Assembly: GCA_036554185.1 (NCBI GenBank)
Contig: DATBNQ010000055.1
Span: forward strand, 7,987 to 71,986
Direction: 5' to 3'
Source of the DNA: Gemmatimonadaceae bacterium
GTDB lineage: Bacteria > Gemmatimonadota > Gemmatimonadetes > Gemmatimonadales > Gemmatimonadaceae
Length of the DNA stretch: 64,000 nucleotides
A program made the translations under genes and the position numbers. The notes under the pieces are model-generated. The model was not told the DNA's origin. It saw only the letters and a program-made list of their open reading frames with translations, and did not search any database. Numbering within the stretch: position 1 is the first letter of the stretch; every line of letters begins with the position of its first letter. Of this stretch, positions 57,558 to 64,000 are shown in pieces.

Positions 57558-58645
57558 CGATGCGACGCGTTCTTGTAGAATGGCATCTTCTGCACCACGG
57601 CGGGTAGCCGCTTGCCGCGGATATCCACTTCGAACTCTGTCCCTTCCTTCGCCATATCGAGCGGAAGATACGCTGTACCGATCGCGATACCGAGCGTTGG
57701 GCTCATCGTTCCGCTGCGCACTTCGCCACATGGCGACCCGGCGCACGTCACTGCGTACCCGTGACGCGGGAATGCGCGATCCGGCATGGTAAAGCCAATA
57801 AGCTTGCGCGGAATTCCGGCAGCCTTCTGACGCTCGAGCGCGGGCTTCCCTACAAAATCTCCCTTCTTGAGCTTGACGAGCCAGCCGAGACCGGCCTCAT
57901 ACGGCGTCGTTGTATCATCGATGTCGTTTCCGTACAACGCCATTCCCATTTCCAGACGCAGCGTGTCCCGGGCGCCGAGTCCCGCCGGCACAACTGAACC
58001 GTCGCTCATTATCGCGTTCCACATCTCTACCGCTCGGGACGCGTCGAAGTAAAGCTCGAAGCCGTCTTCACCGGTGTATCCGGTGCGAGAAAGGATCACG
58101 TCCGGGATTCCCGCGACCGTCGCGAGTTGAAAATGATAGTATTCGATGTCGTTCAGATTCACATCGGTAAATTGGCCCATCACTTCCTGTGCGCGTGGCC
58201 CCTGAAGTGCCAGCAGCGCAATGTGATCACTGACATCCTCGAGGCTGCAGTCAAACCGATCCATGTACATCCTGATGTGCGCGAGATCCTTGTCCTTGTT
58301 GGACGCATTCACGACTACCATCAGATGGGCGGGGAATCGATACACGAGACAGTCGTCGACTATCGTCCCATTCTCGTACAGAATTGTCGAGTATTGCGCC
58401 TGACCAACGGAAAGGGCCGCGACGTCGTTGGTCGTTACATGGTTGATGAAGTCGATGGCCTGCGGGCCACGAACGATGAACTCTCCCATGTGGCTCACAT
58501 CGAACAGCGCCACGCTCTCACGCACCGATCTGTGTTCAGACGTTATGCCTGCCGGATACTGCACCGGCATCTCGAAGCCGGCGAATGGTACCATCTTCGC
58601 GCCGAGTGCGACGTGGACGTCATGCAGGGGCGTGCGTTGACTCAC
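57554..58645 (-). CDS. gcvT: glycine cleavage system aminomethyltransferase (T protein)
   Basis: TPLHDVHVALGAKMVPFAGFEMPVQY N-terminus. 363 aa. Confidence 0.95.
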   Translation of the reverse strand: MSQRTPLHDVHVALGAKMVPFAGFEMPVQYPAGITSEHRSVRESVALFDVSHMGEFIVRGPQAIDFINHVTTNDVAALSVGQAQYSTILYENGTIVDDCLVYRFPAHLMVVVNASNKDKDLAHIRMYMDRFDCSLEDVSDHIALLALQGPRAQEVMGQFTDVNLNDIEYYHFQLATVAGIPDVILSRTGYTGEDGFELYFDASRAVEMWNAIMSDGSVVPAGLGARDTLRLEMGMALYGNDIDDTTTPYEAGLGWLVKLKKGDFVGKPALERQKAAGIPRKLIGFTMPDRAFPRHGYAVTCAGSPCGEVRSGTMSPTLGIAIGTAYLPLDMAKEGTEFEVDIRGKRLPAVVQKMPFYKNASHR

Positions 58646-59559
58646 AGCGTTTCTCCTCCCATAAGTACAGCCATTATCGCTTTCTGTATGTGCAACCTGT
58701 TCTCCGCTTCATCCCATACGCGACTCTGCGGCCCGTCGATGACGTCCGCCGTAACCTCCTCACCGCGATGCGCCGGAAGACAGTGCAGAAAGATCGCCCC
58801 TTTCGCCGCGCGCGCCATGAGCGGCGCATCGACGCAGAAACCGCGGAACGCCTTTTCGCGCAGCGCCTGCTCCTCCTCCTGGCCCATCGATGCCCAAACG
58901 TCCGTCGTTACTACGTCAGCGCCGCGGGCCGCTTCGCCTGGATCGCGTACAACGGCAACAGTTGCCCGCTTGCGGGCCCGTTCGAGGATCGCCGCATCCG
59001 GATCGTAGCCCTCCGGGCACGCGAGCGACAATTCAAATCCCAGGATGGAGGCGGCGTTTATCCACGAATTCGCCATGTTGTTTCCATCACCGATCCACGC
59101 CACCTTTTTCCCGGCGATGCTCCCGAGCTGCTGTCGCACTGTCAGAATGTCTGCAAGAACCTGGCAGGGATGCAGGAGATCGGTCAAACCATTGATCACC
59201 GGGATGGACGCGTCGCGCGCAAGTGTCTCGACATCGGAGTGCGCAAATGTGCGGATCATTATCCCGTTGACGTAGCGCGATAGAACCTTGGCCGTATCGG
59301 ATATGGGCTCGCCACGTCCAAGTTGTACATCGCGCGGCGAGAGAAACAGCGCGTGACCTCCAAGCTGGTAGGTGCCCACTTCGAACGACACGCGTGTCCT
59401 CGTGGACGCCTTCATGAATATCATCGCGAGCGTCTGGCCCGCGAGCGGCGTCTTCGTGTAGGCTCCAGTGCGCATCGACTCGGCGAGTGCAAACAGGGCA
59501 TCCAGTTCGGCGGATGAAAAGTCGGGTATGGCGAGAAAGTCGCGGTGTTCTGTGGTCAT
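58642..59559 (-). CDS. argF: ornithine carbamoyltransferase
   Basis: STRTRVSFE, HPCQVLAD, FLHCLPAHRGEE motifs. 305 aa. Confidence 0.93.
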   Translation of the reverse strand: MTTEHRDFLAIPDFSSAELDALFALAESMRTGAYTKTPLAGQTLAMIFMKASTRTRVSFEVGTYQLGGHALFLSPRDVQLGRGEPISDTAKVLSRYVNGIMIRTFAHSDVETLARDASIPVINGLTDLLHPCQVLADILTVRQQLGSIAGKKVAWIGDGNNMANSWINAASILGFELSLACPEGYDPDAAILERARKRATVAVVRDPGEAARGADVVTTDVWASMGQEEEQALREKAFRGFCVDAPLMARAAKGAIFLHCLPAHRGEEVTADVIDGPQSRVWDEAENRLHIQKAIMAVLMGGETL

Positions 59560-59613
59560 GTGTCGGAATTACAGGATATGACTACCTATTGAACCTCATC
59601 AATTCTAGCGGAC

Positions 59614-60048
59614 TCAGGTTGCCGCGCGAACGATGGTCGTGAAGCGCGCGGAGACGACACGACGGCCACCCACGGTGGCCAGGCCCTGGAGATGCGCTAC
59701 CCCGCGACGGAAACTCGTGAGTTCCACGCCCAGGAGCAGCGTGTCACCGGCGAGCGCCGGCCTGCGAAGCTTTACTCGCTCGATGGCGGCAAAATATCCA
59801 ACCACACCTTCAGTCGAGTCTACGAGGCCAAGCAGGAGCGCAGCCGAGGTTTGAGCGAGGGCTTCCACGACAAGCATGTTCGGCATGGCAGCCTGCGGCA
59901 TCCCCCACGCCGGACCGAACCACTCGGCCCCCGTGACGCGCTTGACTCCCTCCACTCGCCTGCCCTCATCAAGGACCGCGATGCGGTCAACCAGTAGAAA
60001 GGGATAGCGATGCGCGAGCACATGCATCACTGCCGATGAATCCATCAT
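59614..60048 (-). CDS. FabZ/FabA-like hotdog-fold protein lacking the canonical catalytic His
   Basis: HRYPFLLVDRI and MPNMLVVEALAQ blocks are FabZ-like. The GHFP position reads AWGM in my hand alignment. Start at the ATG giving MMDSSAV. Confidence 0.7.
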   Translation of the reverse strand: MMDSSAVMHVLAHRYPFLLVDRIAVLDEGRRVEGVKRVTGAEWFGPAWGMPQAAMPNMLVVEALAQTSAALLLGLVDSTEGVVGYFAAIERVKLRRPALAGDTLLLGVELTSFRRGVAHLQGLATVGGRRVVSARFTTIVRAAT

Positions 60049-60085
60049 TATCGCGGTCGTCCTGCCGAACGACGCGCGCCCCCGC

Positions 60086-61534
60086 TCACAGAATGTACCG
60101 ACGAAGATCTTCGTCCTCGACCACCTTCTCGAGGCGTCGCTTGACCATCGCCGCGTCAACGTTGACCGGCTCCTTGCCGCCATCCGGAAGCTCGTACAAC
60201 ACGTCTTCGAGCAGCGTCGTCATCACCGTATGAAGGCGACGCGCACCAATATTCTCCATTCGATCGTTGGCGTGCGCCGCAGTACGCGCGATCTCTGCCA
60301 CTCCGTCCGCCGTGAACGTGAGCGAGGCGCCCTCCGATTCGACTAGTGCCGCGTACTGCTTCGTCAGCGCGTTCTCCGGCTCAGTCATGATCCGCACAAA
60401 ATCCGCTTCGGTGAGCGGTTTCAGCTCGACACGAATGGGAAAACGGCCCTGCAGCTCCGGAATCAGATCGCTCGGCTTTGATACGTGGAACGCGCCAGCT
60501 GCGACGAACAGGACGTGATCTGTCTTGACATTGCCGTACTTGGTGGAAACAGTTGAACCTTCGACGATCGGCAGCAGATCCCGCTGCACACCCTCACGCG
60601 ACACGTCCGGCCCGCCCGTGTCACCACGCTGCCCAGCGATCTTGTCGATCTCATCGAGAAAGATGATTCCCATCTGCTCAACGCGTTCGAGCGCGTCGGT
60701 CACAAGCTCGTCCTGATCGATGAGCTTGTCCAGTTCTTCGTCCATCAGAATCCGTCGCGCCTCGGGAACCTTTACCGTGCGCTTCTTGCTGCGTTTGGGC
60801 ATCATCTCGCGCAGCATGTCGGAGAAATTCTCCATCCCGTCTGGCGCGCCTTGCGGGACCATCATGTCAAACATCACCGGCGCGTTCTGGCGAACCTCCA
60901 GCTCGACCTCGCGATTGTCCAACTCGCCTGCTCGCAGCAAGAGCTTGAGCTTGTCGCGCGTGCGCTGATGCCGATCGCGCGCCGCCTCGACTTCCTTGGT
61001 CACCCCACCACTCCCCGAAACGAAAAAGACCTGCTCATCGTCGGGGGCAGTCTGAACCTCCGGCTGCGCCACCGTATCTGCGGGTACCGGCAGCAGAAGA
61101 TCGAGTAACCGCTCGTCGACGCGCTCACTTGCAAGCTCCTCGACTTCGCTTTCGCGATCGTCGCGCACCATGCTGATCGCCGCTTCCACAAGATCTCGCA
61201 CCATCGATTCCACATCACGACCGACATAGCCGACTTCGGTAAACTTGGACGCCTCGACCTTCACGAATGGCGCCCCCGCGAGCTTGGCCAGACGCCGCGC
61301 GATCTCAGTCTTGCCCACTCCGGTTGGACCGACGAGAATGATATTGTTCGGGGATATCTCATCGCGAATGGACTCCGGCGCGCGTTGTCTGCGCCAGCGA
61401 TTTCTGAGCGCGATTGCAACCGCCCGCTTTGCGTCCCCCTGCCCGACTATGTAGCGATCCAGTTCGTGAACAATCTGCCGCGGCGTAAGATCCGCCAGCT
61501 TCGCGAGAGCCTGCTGCGTACGCGGTGAGGCCAT
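60086..61534 (-). CDS. hslU: ATP-dependent protease ATPase subunit HslU
   Basis: [17 protein letters not shown], Walker [17 protein letters not shown]-domain insert. 482 aa. Confidence 0.96.
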   Translation of the reverse strand: MASPRTQQALAKLADLTPRQIVHELDRYIVGQGDAKRAVAIALRNRWRRQRAPESIRDEISPNNIILVGPTGVGKTEIARRLAKLAGAPFVKVEASKFTEVGYVGRDVESMVRDLVEAAISMVRDDRESEVEELASERVDERLLDLLLPVPADTVAQPEVQTAPDDEQVFFVSGSGGVTKEVEAARDRHQRTRDKLKLLLRAGELDNREVELEVRQNAPVMFDMMVPQGAPDGMENFSDMLREMMPKRSKKRTVKVPEARRILMDEELDKLIDQDELVTDALERVEQMGIIFLDEIDKIAGQRGDTGGPDVSREGVQRDLLPIVEGSTVSTKYGNVKTDHVLFVAAGAFHVSKPSDLIPELQGRFPIRVELKPLTEADFVRIMTEPENALTKQYAALVESEGASLTFTADGVAEIARTAAHANDRMENIGARRLHTVMTTLLEDVLYELPDGGKEPVNVDAAMVKRRLEKVVEDEDLRRYIL

Positions 61535-61536
61535 TC

Positions 61537-62088
61537 CTATGCCCCTGGCTCGATGATCGTAATATTCGTATTCGTGTACACGCAGATCTCACCCGCTATC
61601 GTGAGTGCACGTCGCACGATGTCGCGGGGCTCGAGCTCGGTGCTCTGTACAAGCGCCCGCGCGGCAGCGAGCGCGTAGGTTCCCCCGGAGCCAATCGCCA
61701 GAATCCCATCATCCGGCTCGATTATGTCGCCGGTTCCGGAAATAATGAAGCCGTGCTCGCGGGATACGACCACCAGAAGTGCCTCCAATCGGCGCAGCAC
61801 TCGATCGCTACGCCAATCCTTGGCGAGGTCCACGGCGGCCCGGGGGAGGTTATCGGGGAATCTCTTCAGCTTCTCCTCGAACTTTTCGAATAGCGTGAAG
61901 GCATCCGCCGCAGCGCCGGCAAAGCCCGCGAGCAGCCGTCCATTCTGAAGAGTCCGGACTTTCTGGGCGTTGGATTTCATTACCGTGTCACCCACGGTGA
62001 CCTGCCCGTCGCCACCTAGTGCAACCTGACCATTGCGGCGCACCGCAAGAATCGTCGTGGCGCGAATGGTCGGAAGAGAACTGTGCAT
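61537..62088 (-). CDS. hslV: ATP-dependent protease peptidase subunit HslV
   Basis: N-terminal [10 protein letters not shown] (Thr nucleophile after processing), GSGG motif. 2-nt gap to hslU. Confidence 0.95.
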   Translation of the reverse strand: MHSSLPTIRATTILAVRRNGQVALGGDGQVTVGDTVMKSNAQKVRTLQNGRLLAGFAGAAADAFTLFEKFEEKLKRFPDNLPRAAVDLAKDWRSDRVLRRLEALLVVVSREHGFIISGTGDIIEPDDGILAIGSGGTYALAAARALVQSTELEPRDIVRRALTIAGEICVYTNTNITIIEPGA

Positions 62089-62200
62089 ACCCTAAAGAAA
62101 TAGCGGTGCGCCCCCTTTTTGCACTCTGACCATGGATCAGTGCTGAGAAGCCCTCAATGCCCATCACGGCCGCAGATTGACTTCGGCGGACGCCAACCAG

Positions 62201-62584
62201 ATGCAACGTGGAGCTATCGTGCGTGTGGAATACATACCAATCGGCGCAGGAATCCTCGTACTCCTCATCGGCATCGGCTTCCTGTGGGATGCCTGGGGTC
62301 CGCAGACAATCGGTCCCATGCGCGATCGCCGTCGCCGCACTCGCGCGCCGATCGATCTGCGAGGGGAGTTCATCGCTGGATTGGGAGTCGTCCTCCTCGG
62401 CGTCGCCCTCGTGGGCCGCGATTGGCGCCTGGAGACGCCCATCGTTCTCGTCGGTACGATCTGCATCATAGTAGGCGCGCTAAGGAATCGGAAATATTTT
62501 CGAGAACTGTTCCTTTTTCGCGGTGCCGCCAGGCGTAGCACCGAATCACCCCCTCGAAAATCGGGCAAAATGCGCATCAGGTGA
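62201..62584 (+). CDS. hypothetical membrane protein (about 3 TM helices)
   Basis: Hydrophobic helices (IGAGILVLLIGIGFLW, FIAGLGVVLLGVALV, IVLVGTICIIVGAL). The start is uncertain (62177 or 62201). Confidence 0.5.
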   Translation: MQRGAIVRVEYIPIGAGILVLLIGIGFLWDAWGPQTIGPMRDRRRRTRAPIDLRGEFIAGLGVVLLGVALVGRDWRLETPIVLVGTICIIVGALRNRKYFRELFLFRGAARRSTESPPRKSGKMRIR

Positions 62585-62661
62585 CACCCTACTGTCAGAA
62601 TTCATTACATGAATCGACCATCCATTTTTGACCCGGCAAGCTGTTTGCTCTAAACCGTACC

Positions 62662-63381
62662 ATGGCAACCTACGACGAAAACCTCCTGCTCCGAGCGCTT
62701 CCACCGGAGACCGGTCGCCGACTGGCCGAACACCTCGTGACGATCGACACCCCGTCCCGAACGGAGCTGTACGAGCCGGGGGACACGGTAAATCGGGTCT
62801 ACTTCCCGCTCGACTCCGTCATCTCCATGACTGCCCCGGTAAGCGGGGCGTGGGGCGAGGTCGCGACAGTCGGTCAGGAGGGCATGGTCGGGCTGCCGAC
62901 GCTCTTCGGTACCGATATGGCAAACATGCGATTCTTCGTTCAGATCGGGGGACGGATTGCGGTAGCGCCCGCGCACACGTTCATCGAGTTATTGAAAGCA
63001 GACGACGCTCTTCGCGTGATAATGCTCAGGTACGCCCATGCCATGTTCACCCAGATCGGTCAGTCGGTTGTGTGCAACCAGCGACATTCGCTCCGCCAGC
63101 GATGCGCCAGATGGCTCCTGATGACGCATGATCGGGTTCCCGGCGACCAGTTTCACCTCACCCACGAGTATCTGGCAGTAATGCTCGGAGTACGCCGAGC
63201 TGGTGTTACCGTCGCGGCCGGCAATCTTCAAAAAGCGGGACTGATTCGCTACAGGCGGGGTGAGATAGTCATTGTCAACAGAGCCGGACTCGAGGCGGTG
63301 TCCTGCGAATGCTATCGCCTCGTCGCCAACGTGTACGACAGACTTGTCGGCCAGGTCGTCGAGAAGAGCATGTCCGCGTAG
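62662..63381 (+). CDS. Crp/Fnr-family transcriptional regulator
   Basis: cNMP-binding beta-roll (VYFPLDSVISM ... VATVGQEGMVG) and a C-terminal HTH (HEYLAVMLGVRRAGVTVAAGNLQKAGLI). Confidence 0.88.
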   Translation: MATYDENLLLRALPPETGRRLAEHLVTIDTPSRTELYEPGDTVNRVYFPLDSVISMTAPVSGAWGEVATVGQEGMVGLPTLFGTDMANMRFFVQIGGRIAVAPAHTFIELLKADDALRVIMLRYAHAMFTQIGQSVVCNQRHSLRQRCARWLLMTHDRVPGDQFHLTHEYLAVMLGVRRAGVTVAAGNLQKAGLIRYRRGEIVIVNRAGLEAVSCECYRLVANVYDRLVGQVVEKSMSA

Positions 63382-63453
63382 TTGTGGCGGAACCGGCCAG
63401 ATAGTTTCATACATTCGGACACAGGAATGACGCCTGAATGAACAGCGTGATAT

Positions 63454-63981
63454 CTAGTCGTGCCGCGCATCCGGTTGACCCGATGCAGCCGAGTGCCACT
63501 CCATCTCGGTTGCGTCCGGAGGACGGAGAAGAAGGTCGAGCGCAAGCCACATGAGACGCGACACTGGATAGAGCACGATTGGCGCCGCGACCATTGCGAC
63601 GATCAACGAATATTCCACGCCAGCCCACGGCACCCTGGGCCACATCACAATCACCACGATCAGCAGCACAAGGGCGAACAGGATCTCCGCCAGTACGATG
63701 TTGAAGAACATTCCGCCGAGGAAGTAATCGTCGGCTTCACCGCGATCGAGCCGTATGCCACACTTGGGGCAGCGCACTCTAAGGGCGAACCAGTTCCTGG
63801 CGACCTTCCCCGCACCACAATTGGGACATCGCAACCGGAAAGCGCGGAAGAAATAGCGCGCCACGTCGCGCATTCGCGGCATGATGATCTCCCCGCGACT
63901 TGTCATCTCCCCAGGGTCGCCTGCGCGCATAACCTCGGCATACTTCCACACTGATTCCAGCAATCGCGCCGTTGGCTCCAC
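63454..63981 (-). CDS. DUF983-like zinc-ribbon membrane protein
   Basis: CPNCG...CPKCG zinc ribbon followed by two TM helices. The start is uncertain (63981 or the ATG at 63882). Confidence 0.7.
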   Translation of the reverse strand: MEPTARLLESVWKYAEVMRAGDPGEMTSRGEIIMPRMRDVARYFFRAFRLRCPNCGAGKVARNWFALRVRCPKCGIRLDRGEADDYFLGGMFFNIVLAEILFALVLLIVVIVMWPRVPWAGVEYSLIVAMVAAPIVLYPVSRLMWLALDLLLRPPDATEMEWHSAASGQPDARHD

Positions 63982-64000
63982 CGGAAAATTCTCCGCGATA

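Overview
High-GC bacterial chromosomal segment. The gene content and the patchy Shine-Dalgarno usage resemble Gemmatimonadota-like soil bacteria, but that is only a guess. I call about 62 tightly packed protein-coding genes, many joined by ATGA/GTGA/TTGA start-stop overlaps. I saw no rRNA, intact tRNA, CRISPR array, transposase or integrase. All product calls rest on motifs I recognise in the supplied translations; nothing was searched or computed. Most of the window is housekeeping: glmS and a phosphohexomutase; metB/C-family, purD, mutM; ubiE/menG, mrp/apbC; guaB; gpmI; queD, dacB, moeA; an acyl-CoA dehydrogenase-etfB-etfA-membrane Fe-S oxidoreductase cluster; the F0 half of the ATP synthase operon (atpZ-like, atpI-like, atpB, atpE, atpF, atpH); and hslVU, argF, gcvT, mogA. 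The least ordinary stretch is about 49.2-57.1 kb. It contains a repeat- and hairpin-rich spacer, a DksA/TraR-like protein with a degenerate zinc finger, and a 1031-aa SARP/BTAD-type STAND ATPase with visibly atypical codon usage. That ATPase's 3' end overlaps a convergent multi-TM HD-GYP gene. Next come a possible 21-codon upstream ORF with a strong RBS, an orphan 253-aa protein of no family I recognise, and a sigma-54 activator whose receiver domain has lost the phospho-acceptor Asp. Other points worth a second look: an active L,D-transpeptidase immediately preceded by a paralog lacking the catalytic His and Cys; four palindromic GATATATC boxes in front of a PadR regulator; a short REP-like hairpin element present twice; a 23-nt stretch shaped like a tRNA 3' end; a FabZ-like protein without the catalytic His; and a short Cho-like UvrC homolog next to mutM. 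I did not find a clearly novel multi-gene system such as a defence system.
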